NCBI GenBank assembly: GCA_943369455.1 | Contig: CALRND020000007.1 | Location: 115,388 to 179,387, forward strand | Direction: 5' to 3' | Origin: Synechococcus sp. UW140 | GTDB lineage: Bacteria; Cyanobacteriota; Cyanobacteriia; PCC-6307; Cyanobiaceae | DNA length: 64,000 nucleotides | The notes under the pieces: generated by a model | The model's input: only the letters and a program-made list of their open reading frames with translations | Databases searched by the model: none | What the model was told of the DNA's origin: nothing | In this document: positions 15,472-25,988 of the stretch, one piece after another | Layout: each line of letters begins with the position of its first letter | Numbering within the stretch: position 1 is the stretch's first letter | Made by a program: the position numbers and the translations under genes

Positions 15472-15523
15472 CGGGCAGGGCCATTCCGCGGGGCCTGCTA
15501 TTCATTACCCAGCGCAGATCACC

Positions 15524-17299
15524 TCAGGACGAACAGCTGTAGTGGGACACCCCTCCGGCGTTGAAGAATTCCAGGGGCTTCAGACGGTCATAGGTCGCCA
15601 CCAGCTCCGCAGGCAGCGCTTTGTAGGGATGGCGGAACACCTCCTGCAGCTCCCTGACCAGGCCGTAGTCACCCTGCGCCGCCTGTGCATAGGCCGGGGC
15701 GATCAGCCATTCGCGCCAGGTGATGGCGGGATTGACGCGCTTCATCGCTGCCGATGTCTCGCGGGGGTCGCCGGAGTCGGTGACCTGATGCCGCCAGCGT
15801 TGCAGCCAGCTCGTCCATTGCCCTTCGAGCTCCTCTGAGCAGGGCAGGTAGAAGCTCTCCTGCAGGGCCGAAACCTGCTCGGGGATATCCGAAAGCCTGC
15901 GGAAGAAGATCGTGACGTCCGCCTTGGAGGCCACCATCAGCTGCAGCAGGTCCTGCACCAGCTCGGCGTCGTAGCGGATCAGGCCGAGCTTGCGGGCCCA
16001 CATCGCGTCGAGCGCCTGGCCCATCGCTTCGGCGAAGCCGTCGTGGATCTCATCAAGCCTGGCCAGGGCCTTTGGATTGCCCTCGAGAAGGGGCCGCAGA
16101 GCGGCCCAGAACATCTGGTAGTTGGCTTCGGCGGCCACCGGCTGGTTGAAGAAGGAGAAATGCTGCCCGCCGCCGGTCCAGGGCTGGAAGCGGGGGTCGA
16201 ACAGTTCGCAGAAGCCGAAGGGGCCGTAGTCGAGGGTGTAACCACCGGCGGCGCAATTGTCGCTGTTGAAATTGCCCTGGCAGTAGCCCACCCGCATCCA
16301 GTGCGCCACCAGAGACGTGAGCCGGCCGCGGAACAACCCCGCCAGCTCCACCACCTGATCAACGAAGTCCAGGGCCGGATCAATCTCCTGGCGGTAGTTG
16401 CGCTCGATCAGGTGCGCCACGATCATCCGCAGTTCGTTCAGCGCCTCCGGATGGGCACCGCTGCGTGCGCGTCGGGCGAACAGCTCCAGCTGGCCCACCC
16501 GCAGGAAGGACGGGGCCACCCGTGTGCTGATCGCCGCCGGGTTGTCCACCAGGATGTCGGGATCGAACGAGCGGGAGTTCGGCGCATACCAGGGCCGGCG
16601 CACCGTTTCCGATCCAGACACATAGAGCGTCAGCGAGCGGGAGGTGGGCACCCCCAGGGCGTGCATGAACTCCTGCGCCAGAAACTCGCGCACGCTGGAG
16701 CGCAGCACGGCGCGGCCATCGGCGCCGCGGCAGTAGGGCGTGGGGCCGCCGCCCTTGAGCTGCATCTCCCAGCGCCGGCCATTGAAGACGCCTTCGAACA
16801 CGGACATGGCCCGGCCGTCGCCGTAACCGTTGCCGGTGCCGAACGGGCACTGCTGGATGTATTCGCTGCCGTAGATCGAGAGGGCATACCCAGTGGCCCA
16901 GCCATAGGGCCGCATCGGCGCCTGCGCCGCCGTGATGTCACCGGAGAACAGTCGGCGGAAGTGCTCGTCGTGGGCGAGCTCATCGCCCAGGCCCAGCTCC
17001 TGGAAAAGGGTTTGGCTGAGCGCCACCAGCTCCGGCGCCGGCAGCGGGGTGGGCGTCACCGGCACGTAATGCCCGGAGAACACCTGGCGGGGCCGGTGAT
17101 CCTGGCCATCAGCGGTGGCCTGGGGATCCGGCCGTAGGGCATCCAGCAGCGAATAATTCGCCTTTTGGGCAAACCCCGCGAACGTTGTCGTCAGTTCTGC
17201 AGTCGGCACGGTGGTGGACGCTGCTGTGGGCACGGCGGTCGTCACGGGTCTCTCGGGTGTGGCGCGGCCCGGGCAGGGCCCTGACGCTGGGGTCCCCAT
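15524..17299 (-). CDS. selO: Protein adenylyltransferase SelO (YdiU/UPF0061)
   Basis: [64 protein letters not shown]. Start set at ATG 17299, because the longer ORF overlaps the Uma2 gene with Trp/Cys/Arg-rich text. Confidence 0.85.
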   Translation of the reverse strand: MGTPASGPCPGRATPERPVTTAVPTAASTTVPTAELTTTFAGFAQKANYSLLDALRPDPQATADGQDHRPRQVFSGHYVPVTPTPLPAPELVALSQTLFQELGLGDELAHDEHFRRLFSGDITAAQAPMRPYGWATGYALSIYGSEYIQQCPFGTGNGYGDGRAMSVFEGVFNGRRWEMQLKGGGPTPYCRGADGRAVLRSSVREFLAQEFMHALGVPTSRSLTLYVSGSETVRRPWYAPNSRSFDPDILVDNPAAISTRVAPSFLRVGQLELFARRARSGAHPEALNELRMIVAHLIERNYRQEIDPALDFVDQVVELAGLFRGRLTSLVAHWMRVGYCQGNFNSDNCAAGGYTLDYGPFGFCELFDPRFQPWTGGGQHFSFFNQPVAAEANYQMFWAALRPLLEGNPKALARLDEIHDGFAEAMGQALDAMWARKLGLIRYDAELVQDLLQLMVASKADVTIFFRRLSDIPEQVSALQESFYLPCSEELEGQWTSWLQRWRHQVTDSGDPRETSAAMKRVNPAITWREWLIAPAYAQAAQGDYGLVRELQEVFRHPYKALPAELVATYDRLKPLEFFNAGGVSHYSCSS

Positions 17300-17336
17300 C
17301 CTGGCGAGCTGAGCCCGTACAGCGCCTGATCCCAGA

Positions 17337-17918
17337 TCAACCGTCCCAGATCTCCGCCAGCTCCAGCCGCAGGCCCGGCAGCTCCGGCTCCCCGTCCAGC
17401 ACCGCCAGCCCCTCCAGCCGCTGCGGTTCGCCGCTGGCGCTCCACACCTCCACACCGCGGCTTTCGGGCAGCAGCAGCCAGCCCAGCCTGGCCCCATTCG
17501 CCTGGTAGGTGTCCATCTTGCGTCGCAGATCCGGCAGCCGGTCCGATGGGCTCGCGAGCTCCACCACCAGATCGGGGCAGAGGGGCGGAAAGCCCTGGCG
17601 ATCGGCGCTGGAAAGGGCCTGCCAGCGATCCAGCCGCACGGCGCTGGCATCCGGACTCAGCACGGAGCCATCAGGCAGCAGGAAACCTGTGGAACTGTCG
17701 AACACGCACCAGCCGGGCTGGAGGCGGGCCCACAGACCCAGCTGCACAGCCAGCTGGTTGTTCCGCCGTCCGGTTTCGCCACCTGCAGGGGTCATCTCGA
17801 TCAACCGCCCGTCCGCCGCCAGCTCCAGCACCGCCTCCGGATTCGCCGCACAGAGATCGGCAAACTGGGCCGGAGTAAGCCGCAGCGCTGCGCTCAGTTG
17901 GCGGGGCAGGGTGAGCAT
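17337..17918 (-). CDS. Uma2 (DUF820) family endonuclease
   Basis: [54 protein letters not shown] is typical of the cyanobacterial Uma2 family. Confidence 0.8.
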   Translation of the reverse strand: MLTLPRQLSAALRLTPAQFADLCAANPEAVLELAADGRLIEMTPAGGETGRRNNQLAVQLGLWARLQPGWCVFDSSTGFLLPDGSVLSPDASAVRLDRWQALSSADRQGFPPLCPDLVVELASPSDRLPDLRRKMDTYQANGARLGWLLLPESRGVEVWSASGEPQRLEGLAVLDGEPELPGLRLELAEIWDG

Positions 17919-17951
17919 GGCCCTGCGGGGGCACAAACAGTGGATTGGATC

Positions 17952-19535
17952 CTAGGCAGGGTTCAGGCGGCTGCCTTCTGAGTTTCCCAGCACCAGTCCC
18001 CCATACCGCCGCACCGCGCTGCGGTGATCGGCGTCGGCCCGCAGGCCGATGAACCCGTCCGGCCGCACCGCCAGCAGGGTCAGGGGCCCCAGCCCCAGGC
18101 TGGGCGCCTCCTCCAGCCGCACGGCCACCACGGCCTCCACCAGCGCCGGCGGCACCGCTCCGGCGGCCCGCTCGGCCTCCAGTTCGGCCTGCAGGCCGGC
18201 GATGGCCTCCGACGGCGTCTCCGGGCCGGCCAGCAGCAGCAGCGTGTGGCCGCAGCGGTGGGTGAGCGGGTGCAGCCGATCCGCGCCGGCTCCCGGCGGC
18301 AGCGCGATCGTGGTGGGCAGCCGCTGGCCCGCGCCGAACGGCTGGCCGCCGCCGCCGAGGGTGATCGCCGAGCCGGCGTAGCTCACGTTCATCTCGGTTT
18401 CCGCCACCACCTCCTGCTGGCGGGCCACCGGGTTGGCCAGCAGGGCGGCGATCGCCCGGTCGCGGGAGGCACGCTCAGCGGGCTCCTGCAGCCCGTGGGC
18501 CTGCTCGGTGGCATCGCCCGAGCGGCAGATCTGCTGGGCCACCGGACGCCGCTCCTGCTCGTAGCTGTCCAGCAGGGCGGGGGCCGCAGCCCCGTGGTGC
18601 ACCAGGGCCAGCTTCCAGGCCAGGTTGGCGGCATCGTGCAGCCCGCAGTTCATGCCGTGCCCCTCGGCGGGGGAGCACACGTGGGCGGCATCGCCGGCCA
18701 GGAACACGGGCCCGGCGCGGAAGGCGCTGGCCACCCGGCTGTGGCAGTGGAAGCGGCTGGGGTTCTCCACGCCGCTGAAGCGGGCTTCCGGCAGGTAGCG
18801 CCCCAGCACGGCGGCGGCTTCCGCCACCAGATCGCCCTCCTCGGCGGCGGGCCGCAGGTACACCCGCCAGCGCTCGTCGGGCAGGGCCGTGAGGATCAGG
18901 GGCGAGGCGTCCAGGTAGGCCGCGTTGACCTCGTGGCTGTCGGCCCAGCCCTCCACCGCCGCATCGAACACGGCCCAGGGGCGGCTGATGCCATGACCCT
19001 CGAAGGCGAGGCCGCTCAGCGCGCGGGTGGTGCTGCGCAGGCCGTCGCAACCCACCACCCAGCGGGCCTGCACGGTCTGCTCCAGCCCGTCGCCGTCCAC
19101 CGTGGCGATCACCCCGTCGCCGTGGGGCGCCAGACCCACCAGCCGGCAGGAGCGGTGCACCATGCCCCCCTCCGTCTCGAGATGGTCGGTGAGGATCGTT
19201 TCGGTCACCTCTTCGGAGAGGCCGAGGTTGAAGCCGTAGCGGCTGCCGCAGTCGGCCAGATCCAGCTCCCCCAACCGCTGGCCATCGGCGTGGATGAGGA
19301 TCCGCCGCTGCCGGCAGCCGGCCTCGAGAAACCGATCCACCAGCCCCAGCGCCTCGAAGATCTCCAGCGAAAGGGGGTGGATCACCGTGGCCCGATCCCA
19401 GTGCAGGGCTTCGGCGCGGGCGTCGATCAGCAGGTTGGGAACGCCGCGGCGCTGCAGCTCCCCCGCCAGCAGCAGGCCGGTGGGGCCCGCCCCCACCACG
19501 AGCACGCTGGTCTGGCGGGGAAGGGAAGACGGCAT
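17952..19535 (-). CDS. FAD-dependent monooxygenase (PheA/TfdB-like)
   Basis: VLVVGAGPTGLLLAGEL dinucleotide fold, GCDGLRSTTR, FLAGDAAHVCSPAEGHGMNCGLHDAANLAWKL. Start ATG 19535. Confidence 0.8.
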   Translation of the reverse strand: MPSSLPRQTSVLVVGAGPTGLLLAGELQRRGVPNLLIDARAEALHWDRATVIHPLSLEIFEALGLVDRFLEAGCRQRRILIHADGQRLGELDLADCGSRYGFNLGLSEEVTETILTDHLETEGGMVHRSCRLVGLAPHGDGVIATVDGDGLEQTVQARWVVGCDGLRSTTRALSGLAFEGHGISRPWAVFDAAVEGWADSHEVNAAYLDASPLILTALPDERWRVYLRPAAEEGDLVAEAAAVLGRYLPEARFSGVENPSRFHCHSRVASAFRAGPVFLAGDAAHVCSPAEGHGMNCGLHDAANLAWKLALVHHGAAAPALLDSYEQERRPVAQQICRSGDATEQAHGLQEPAERASRDRAIAALLANPVARQQEVVAETEMNVSYAGSAITLGGGGQPFGAGQRLPTTIALPPGAGADRLHPLTHRCGHTLLLLAGPETPSEAIAGLQAELEAERAAGAVPPALVEAVVAVRLEEAPSLGLGPLTLLAVRPDGFIGLRADADHRSAVRRYGGLVLGNSEGSRLNPA

Positions 19536-19597
19536 GGCGCCCGGGCGATTCGAGCTGGCGAGGGCCAGCGCGGGGCACACTAAACGCACCCCGGGGC

Positions 19598-20251
19598 TTG
19601 GTCCTGGCCAACCCATTCCGCTCCCTGGCCACCGCCACGACCGTCGGCCTGGCCGCGGCCCTCGCCCTCAGCACGGCAGCGGCGGCGGCGGCCCCCAACG
19701 GCACCTGGCTGTCCCAGCCCCAGATCTGGTACTACGCCTCCCGGCAGTTCCTGAACGGGGTGATGGCCGACATCCGGGGCAGCGACTTCAAGGTGGTGTT
19801 CCTCGATGTCCGCAAGGTGTCGGACGCGATGCAGCGGGAGGCGGCCCAGGCGGCCCGCCGCCAGGGTCTGCTGCCCGTGGTGTGGGTCCAGTCCCCCCAG
19901 TACCGGGCGTTGGCGATCGAGGATCTGGTGTACGAGGCCCGCCACGGCGACGCGATCCAGGTGGACGACCACTTCTTCGCCAACTACTCCCTGGAGGACT
20001 TCTATCTGCTGCGTCGGCTGTACCCGAAACCGATCTTCTGCAGCATCCAGCCGTTCCAGGCCAGCCTGGTGCCCACAGCGGGCTGCAACCAGCTCGATGT
20101 GCAGTGCTACAGCGCCCCGCAGTTCCAGCAGTGCCTCAAGCTGGCCGACCGGCTCGGCGCCGTGGTGAGTCTCTCCAGCGAGAACACCCTCAAGTACCGG
20201 AGTCAGCTGGGTGAGCGATCCTTCAACACCTTTCTCTGGCAGGGGCTCTGA
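19598..20251 (+). CDS. Hypothetical secreted protein
   Basis: TTG start. Ala-rich signal-like N-terminus followed by balanced composition. The competing antisense ORF is Gly/Arg/Ala-rich. Confidence 0.5.
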   Translation: MVLANPFRSLATATTVGLAAALALSTAAAAAAPNGTWLSQPQIWYYASRQFLNGVMADIRGSDFKVVFLDVRKVSDAMQREAAQAARRQGLLPVVWVQSPQYRALAIEDLVYEARHGDAIQVDDHFFANYSLEDFYLLRRLYPKPIFCSIQPFQASLVPTAGCNQLDVQCYSAPQFQQCLKLADRLGAVVSLSSENTLKYRSQLGERSFNTFLWQGL

Positions 20252-21509
20252 CGGGCGGGGCGTCCTGCGGCGCCAGATAGGCGCCGATCGCACGGAAGAT
20301 GTCATCGGCGGCATTGCAGTAGCCACCACTGGCATCAAAGGCCCCTTCGTCGAAGGTGACCGCCACCGCCACCGCGATCTTCCGTGAGGGCAGATAGGCC
20401 ATCACCCCCGCCTGCCCGGAGAACAGCGGGTTCTGCAGCAGCCAGGGGCCCGAGAGGACGATCCCGATCCCGTAGGTGTAGAAGTCGCTGAGTGTGGTGC
20501 AGGTGGCACAGCCCTCGATCGGCCGGCCGAAGCCCCGCAGCGTCGGAGCGATCTGCAGCCTGTGGCTCTGCGGCGACAACAGCCGGCCCGTCCCGATCGC
20601 CTCGGCGGAGGTGGCCATGTCGTGGATGGTGGTGTACTGCACCGCACCGCGGGTGATCGTCCAGGACGGGTTCCAGTAGGTCGACTCCTCGTAGAAGCGG
20701 GTCCCCGCCGGGATGCCGAGGCCCTGGCGCCGTTCCGAGGAGAAGGCGTGCAACACCGGCGGCGCGATCGCGGGAGTTCCGCCGGGGTCCCGCGTGTTGC
20801 GGAGCTTCAGGGGGCGGAAGATCCGCTCCTGCATCAGCACGGGCATCGGCTGGCCCGTGATGCGCTCCAGCGCCAGGCCCAGCAGGAGGTAGTTCGTGTG
20901 GGCGTAGTTCCAGCTCGTGCCGGGCTCGTACCAGAGCGACTTCAGGTCCGCGTAGGCGAGCAGGTCCTGCACGGAGAACTGCCGGAACGGGTTCTCGAGC
21001 GCAGTCTTTTCGAACGCAGCATTGCCAATCACGTAGTCGCGGTAGCCGGAGGTCATCCGGGCGAGCTGGCCGAGCGTGACCCGCTCCGCATTCGGGATCT
21101 CCGGCAGCCACGTCGCCAGCTTGTCGTCGAGGCTCACCCTGTTCTCGTCGACCAGTTGCAGCAGCAGCGTCGCCACGTAGGAGATGGCGATCGCACCGTT
21201 GCGGACGTGCATGTCCTCCGTGGCGGGCACACCCGTCATCGACTCGCCCATCGCCTCGGTGACCACCTCCTTGCCGTCGATCGTGACCCGCACGATCACC
21301 GCCCTCAGATGGTCGTCGGCCATGCGCTGACGAACGATCCGCAGGATGCCGGCCGCCTGGGGTGAGGCCGCCGGTGGGGCCGCGTCGGCGGTGCGGGCCT
21401 GGACCGGACCCGCTCCGCCCAGGCAACCCGCCAGGAGGGCAGCCAGGACACGGTTTCGATGAGGGGCGAACCAGCGACGATCCACACCGGCTCGCTCAGC
21501 AAGCGGCAA
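20223..21509 (-). CDS. Beta-lactamase-fold serine-hydrolase family protein lacking the SxxK motif
   Basis: ..VRNGAIAISYVATLLLQLVDENRVSLDDKLATWLPE..LARMTSGYRDY..WNYAHTNYLLLG. The family fold is recognisable, but AIAI (21183-21194) occupies the SxxK position. Confidence 0.7.
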   Translation of the reverse strand: MPLAERAGVDRRWFAPHRNRVLAALLAGCLGGAGPVQARTADAAPPAASPQAAGILRIVRQRMADDHLRAVIVRVTIDGKEVVTEAMGESMTGVPATEDMHVRNGAIAISYVATLLLQLVDENRVSLDDKLATWLPEIPNAERVTLGQLARMTSGYRDYVIGNAAFEKTALENPFRQFSVQDLLAYADLKSLWYEPGTSWNYAHTNYLLLGLALERITGQPMPVLMQERIFRPLKLRNTRDPGGTPAIAPPVLHAFSSERRQGLGIPAGTRFYEESTYWNPSWTITRGAVQYTTIHDMATSAEAIGTGRLLSPQSHRLQIAPTLRGFGRPIEGCATCTTLSDFYTYGIGIVLSGPWLLQNPLFSGQAGVMAYLPSRKIAVAVAVTFDEGAFDASGGYCNAADDIFRAIGAYLAPQDAPPVRAPARERC

Positions 21510-21539
21510 CGCTAAGCGCCCTGGCGCCTGCCGCCCCCG

Positions 21540-22169
21540 GTGAGCTTCCTACCCTGCCCCTGGTTGCGACGTGCCATGCCCAGCTCCCTTGGCCTGCGTC
21601 GCTGGGCCGCCCCGCTGCTGGTGGCTGTTGCGCTGAGCGGAGGGATGGCCACGCCCGCGGCAGCCGGCCCCCCGGCCACCCCGATAACGCTGGACTTTTC
21701 CGGCCAGACCTACCGGCTGCGCTGGTCGTCCCAGCACCAGCACGAGTTCACCCCGGCGGGCCAGGACGACCTGAGCCGCTGGACGGACATGGTCACCATC
21801 AACACCTACCCCGGGGTGAGCGATGGCGAGGGGCTGGCCGAGATGGCCAACCGGGCCCTCGCGAACTACCGGCGCAACGGGGCCACGGTGCTGCGCACAG
21901 CTTCCATTCCCCGCACCGCCGAGCGCCCCGCCGAGCACCTGGTCGTCGCCCTCTTCCCCACCCGCGCCTTCAGCGAGGCCGTCTTCGCCCGCTGGCGTCT
22001 GACAGACGGCCGCGGCACCGCGGTGATCGTCAGCCACCGCCTCTATGGCCCGAAGGCGGGGGACGCCATGGCGACCTGGTTACGGGCGAATGGACCCACC
22101 GTGGAGCGACGCCTGATGGCCCTCGATCCGATTCCCTCCCACCGCGTCCTCGAACCGGCCGGCCGCTGA
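21540..22169 (+). CDS. Hypothetical exported protein (start may be ATG 21576)
   Basis: Signal-like LRRWAAPLLVAVALSGGMATPAAA followed by non-biased sequence. Confidence 0.5.
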   Translation: MSFLPCPWLRRAMPSSLGLRRWAAPLLVAVALSGGMATPAAAGPPATPITLDFSGQTYRLRWSSQHQHEFTPAGQDDLSRWTDMVTINTYPGVSDGEGLAEMANRALANYRRNGATVLRTASIPRTAERPAEHLVVALFPTRAFSEAVFARWRLTDGRGTAVIVSHRLYGPKAGDAMATWLRANGPTVERRLMALDPIPSHRVLEPAGR

Positions 22170-22350
22170 GCAGGTCCAGACCCGGCGCAGCAGACGGCGC
22201 CTGGGAGGATCGCCGGGAGCTGGGCTGGGACGGGCCGGTGCGGGCCAGCGGTCCCGATGGGCAAGGGAAGAAGGAAGGGTCGCAATCAATACAAAACAGT
22301 GACCTCGGACGACTACGCTGATCTTCAGGATTTCGACGGTCACGACTCTG

Positions 22351-24513
22351 GTGTGGATGCGTCGTCTCTCCAGGGGTTCGGTGAATCAGCTCAGCATCAA
22401 ATCCAAGCTGATTCTGATGCTTCTATTGGTGAGTGGCTTCTCCACGCTCTTCTCCGCTGCCCTCGGGTATCGCAGTGGCCGGATCAATCTCACCGATCGC
22501 GTCTTCAACCAGCTCACCAGCGTTCGTGCCTCCAAGGCCTATCAGATTGAATCCTATTTTCGTACCATCCAGAACCACACCCAGACCCTGAGTGAGGATC
22601 TGTCGATCATCGCCGCCGTCCAGGAATTCGACGCGGCCTATCGCCAGCTCGCCACCGCCCCCGAGCCTGCCGGAACCAGCCAAGGCCTGGAGAATTACTA
22701 CCGCACCCAGTTCCTGCCACGCCTCGACAAGATCCATTCCGGCACCCCGAATCTGCCCGCCTACCTCCCCAACGGGAAAGCCACGCGGCACCTGCAGTAC
22801 AACTACATCGCCGCCAACCCCAATCCCGTCGGCAAGAAGCAGCAGCTCGTGGCCGCCCGTGACGGCAGCACCTACTCCCAGGTGCATGGCCGCTATCACC
22901 CGATCTTCCGCAACATCGTTGCCAGATTCGGCTACTACGACATGTTCCTAATCAATCCCCAGGGACAGATCGTCTACACCGTTTTCAAGGAAACCGATTA
23001 CGCCACCAGCCTCCAGAACGGCCCCTACAAGGACAGCAACCTTGCCCAGCTGGTGCGGCAGGTGATCGCCGCAAAGGAGAAGGGCTTCACCCAGCTGGTC
23101 GATTTCGCCGCCTACGCCCCCTCCTACGGCACCCCCGCCTCCTTCATCGCCGCCCCCATCTACAACGGCTCCACCCTGGTGGGGGTCCTGGCCTTCCAGA
23201 TGCCCGTCGACGAGATCAACAACGTCATGACCGGCAACCAGGCCTGGCGGAAGGACGGCCTCGGCCAGTCCGGCGAAACCATCCTGGTGGGCCAGGACAC
23301 CCTCATGCGCTCCGCCTCGCGTTTCTACCTGGAGGATCCCAAGGCCTACCTGGCCCAGCTCTCCTCCCGCGGCGTCAAGGACGACGCCATCGCCCGCCTG
23401 CGCCAGTACGGCACCACGATCCTGCAGCAGCCGGTGGCAACCCCGGCGGTGACCAAGGCGATCGCCGGCGGCAGCGGCACCCAGCAGGTGACGGACTACC
23501 GCGGCGTGCCGGTGCTCAGCTCCTACGCCCCCCTGCAGATCAAGGGCTTCGACTGGGTGATCCTGGCCCAGATGGACCTTGCGGAGGCCTACGCGCCGAT
23601 CCATGCCTTCCAGAATCAGATCCTGATCACCGTCACGCTGCTGATCCTGGTGGTCACCGTGCTGGCCATGGCCCTGGCCCATCTGTTCGTCAAGCCGGTG
23701 CAGCAGCTGATCGACAGCGCCCGCAAGGTCTCCTCCGGCGAACTCACCAGCATCCCGGCCCTGAATTCGGGCGATGAGTTCGGCGAACTGGCCCAGTCCT
23801 TCAATGCCGTCGTGCAAAGCCTCCAGACCCAGACGGCCCTGGTCGACCAGAAGAACCAGGAGAACGAGAAGCTGCTCTTCAGCGTCTTCCCCGCCGCCAT
23901 CGCCCGCCGGCTGCAGCGCGGCGAAACCCAGATCGCCGAGGAGGTCACCAACGTGGCCGTGCTGTTCGCCGACCTCAAGGGATTCTCCCGGCTCGTCTCC
24001 ACCCTCAGCGCCCATGAATCCCTGGCGATTCTCAATGATCTGGTGGCGTCCTTCGATGATCTGGCCGAACGCTTCGGCCTGGAGAAGGTGAAGACGATCG
24101 GCGACAGCTATCTGGCCGTATGCGGTCTCTCGGTTCCCTATCTCGACCACGACAAACGGGCCCTCGATTTCGCCATCGAAATGCTCGGCATCCTGCGGCG
24201 CTTCAACCTGGAGCGGGGCTTCGACCTCGGCATCCAGATCGGTGTGCACTCCGGCGACATCCTCGCCGGCATCGTCGGCAAGAGCCGGGTCGTCTACGAC
24301 ATCTGGGGGGAGACGGTGAAAACAGCCCACCTGCTCAGCCAGGTTTGTCCCTCCGGGGCCGTGCTCGTCTCGGCGGTGGTGCACCACCGGCTGGAGGACC
24401 TCTACCAGTTCGAACTCACCAGCGCGGCCGCCGAAGCCCAGCCCGCCCTGCAGGTCTGGCGGCTCACCAGCGCCACCCCGGCAGCGGCCGGAGAGGCGGT
24501 CACCACCCCATGA
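22351..24513 (+). CDS. Membrane-bound class III adenylate/guanylate cyclase with double-Cache sensor and HAMP domain
   Basis: N-terminal TM segment. dCache-like YDMFLINPQGQIVYT..ASFIAAPIYNGSTLVGVLAFQ. HAMP. Cyclase core VAVLFADLKGFSRL..KTIGDSYLAVCGL..IQIGVHSGDILAGIVG. Confidence 0.85.
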   Translation: MWMRRLSRGSVNQLSIKSKLILMLLLVSGFSTLFSAALGYRSGRINLTDRVFNQLTSVRASKAYQIESYFRTIQNHTQTLSEDLSIIAAVQEFDAAYRQLATAPEPAGTSQGLENYYRTQFLPRLDKIHSGTPNLPAYLPNGKATRHLQYNYIAANPNPVGKKQQLVAARDGSTYSQVHGRYHPIFRNIVARFGYYDMFLINPQGQIVYTVFKETDYATSLQNGPYKDSNLAQLVRQVIAAKEKGFTQLVDFAAYAPSYGTPASFIAAPIYNGSTLVGVLAFQMPVDEINNVMTGNQAWRKDGLGQSGETILVGQDTLMRSASRFYLEDPKAYLAQLSSRGVKDDAIARLRQYGTTILQQPVATPAVTKAIAGGSGTQQVTDYRGVPVLSSYAPLQIKGFDWVILAQMDLAEAYAPIHAFQNQILITVTLLILVVTVLAMALAHLFVKPVQQLIDSARKVSSGELTSIPALNSGDEFGELAQSFNAVVQSLQTQTALVDQKNQENEKLLFSVFPAAIARRLQRGETQIAEEVTNVAVLFADLKGFSRLVSTLSAHESLAILNDLVASFDDLAERFGLEKVKTIGDSYLAVCGLSVPYLDHDKRALDFAIEMLGILRRFNLERGFDLGIQIGVHSGDILAGIVGKSRVVYDIWGETVKTAHLLSQVCPSGAVLVSAVVHHRLEDLYQFELTSAAAEAQPALQVWRLTSATPAAAGEAVTTP

Positions 24514-25988
24514 GCACCCCCACCCCCATCTGGCTCTGGGGGATCGGCCTGGCCCTCGGCTTCCCCCTGGCCACGATCCTGCTGGGCGAAGCCATCCACC
24601 GGCTCAAGCGACGGCGGCGGGCCATCGCCGGCACCGTGCGGCTGGTGCGGGACGTGCTGGTGCCCATCCTGGCGCTGCTGGTCTTCCTGCAGCACCTGCT
24701 CCAGGTCGATCCCGGCACCCGCCTGTTCCGGACCGTGGAGACGGTGTTCTGGGTGTGTGTGATCCATGCCTCCCTCTCCCTGCTCAACGTGATCCTGTTC
24801 GAGCAGGCCGAAGCCGACACCTGGCGCTCCCGGGTGCCCAAGCTGCTGATCGATCTGGCCCGCCTGTTCCTGATCCTGCTGGGCACCGCCTTCGTGCTGG
24901 CCACGGTCTGGAACGCCGATCTGGCCGGCCTGGTCACCGCCCTGGGGGTAAGTTCGATCGTCATCGGCCTGGCCCTGCAGGACACCCTCGGCAGCGTCAT
25001 GTCGGGCATCGCCCTACTGTTCGAGCGGCCGTTCACGGTGGGCGACTGGCTTGAGGTGGGCGGGGTGGTGGGCCAGGTGATCGACATCAACTGGCGCGCC
25101 GTGCGTCTGCTGACCCTGGAGCAGGAGATGGTGGTGATTCCCCACAAGCTGATCAGCAGCGAGGTGATCCGCAACTTCACCAAACCCACCCCGATCCATG
25201 CCGAACGGATCCAGATCGGCTTCTCCTACAACGATCCCCCAAACCTGGCCCGGCAGGTGCTCAAGAGCACGGCCCTGGAAACAAAGGGCATCCTGCTGGA
25301 TCCCGAGCCCGATGTGTTCACCCTCGCCTATGCCGATTCCGCTGTCACCTATGAGGTGAAGTTCTTCATCCGTGATTACGGCGAGATCGAGCAGATCCGC
25401 GAACGCTTCATGACCCGGGTGTGGTACGCGGCCAAGCGCAACAACCTCTCCATTCCCTTCCCGATCCGCACCGTCTACAACTTCCACGGCCCCACCAGCC
25501 AGCAGAAGGGGCTCGCCAAGAAGTTCAGCGAAAGCCTGCAGGCCATCCCCTCCTACGTGCCGATCAACCGGGAGGACGACAGCGTCACCCCCTCCGCCTC
25601 GGGCATCTCCCTGCAGCATTTCGCCGCCGGGGAGAAGGTGATCCGCCAGGGCCAGATGGGCAACGCCCTCTACATCATCGTGGCCGGTCAGGCCCTGATG
25701 ACCCGACGCGATGGCAGCGGCGAGGATCGCGAACTGCTGTCCCTGCGCAGCGGCGAATTCTTCGGGGAGATGAGTCTTTTTTCCGGCGAACCCAGCGCCG
25801 TCACCATCGCCGCCAGCAACGACCTGGAGGTGATGAAGATCTCTGCCACGGTGGTCAACCAGATGATCGACCGCCAGCCCAGCTTCGCCCGCGAGATCGG
25901 CCAGATCCTCGAGAGCCGCCGCCTGGCCATCCAGGAAACGACCCAGGCCCAGGCGCCCTACAGCGGCCAGGACCCGGGCCTGATGTGA
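24510..25988 (+). CDS. MscS-family mechanosensitive channel with C-terminal cyclic-nucleotide-binding domain
   Basis: ATGA overlap with the cyclase stop. FERPFTVGDWLEVGGVVGQVIDINWRAVRL (MscS beta domain). C-terminal FAAGEKVIRQGQMGNALYIIVAGQ..GEFFGEMSL (cNMP binding). Confidence 0.85.
   Translation: MSTPTPIWLWGIGLALGFPLATILLGEAIHRLKRRRRAIAGTVRLVRDVLVPILALLVFLQHLLQVDPGTRLFRTVETVFWVCVIHASLSLLNVILFEQAEADTWRSRVPKLLIDLARLFLILLGTAFVLATVWNADLAGLVTALGVSSIVIGLALQDTLGSVMSGIALLFERPFTVGDWLEVGGVVGQVIDINWRAVRLLTLEQEMVVIPHKLISSEVIRNFTKPTPIHAERIQIGFSYNDPPNLARQVLKSTALETKGILLDPEPDVFTLAYADSAVTYEVKFFIRDYGEIEQIRERFMTRVWYAAKRNNLSIPFPIRTVYNFHGPTSQQKGLAKKFSESLQAIPSYVPINREDDSVTPSASGISLQHFAAGEKVIRQGQMGNALYIIVAGQALMTRRDGSGEDRELLSLRSGEFFGEMSLFSGEPSAVTIAASNDLEVMKISATVVNQMIDRQPSFAREIGQILESRRLAIQETTQAQAPYSGQDPGLM

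Noticed and set aside
1-15500. Search for an integrase, transposase, IS ends or tRNA-linked att site that could explain the accessory region.
   Set aside because: No tyrosine/serine recombinase or DDE motifs appear in any listed ORF, and no tRNA is adjacent. Mobility therefore remains unexplained rather than assigned.
17300-17650. N-terminal 117 codons of the 708-aa selO ORF.
   Set aside because: Trp/Cys/Arg-rich and overlapping the Uma2 gene. ATG 17299 leaves a normal intergenic gap.
25421-25987. Upstream 189 codons of the 557-aa ORF that contains the metallophosphoesterase.
   Set aside because: This part overlaps the MscS/cNMP gene in another frame and is Arg/Pro/Gly-rich. The Tat signal and phosphoesterase motifs begin only after 25988/26057.
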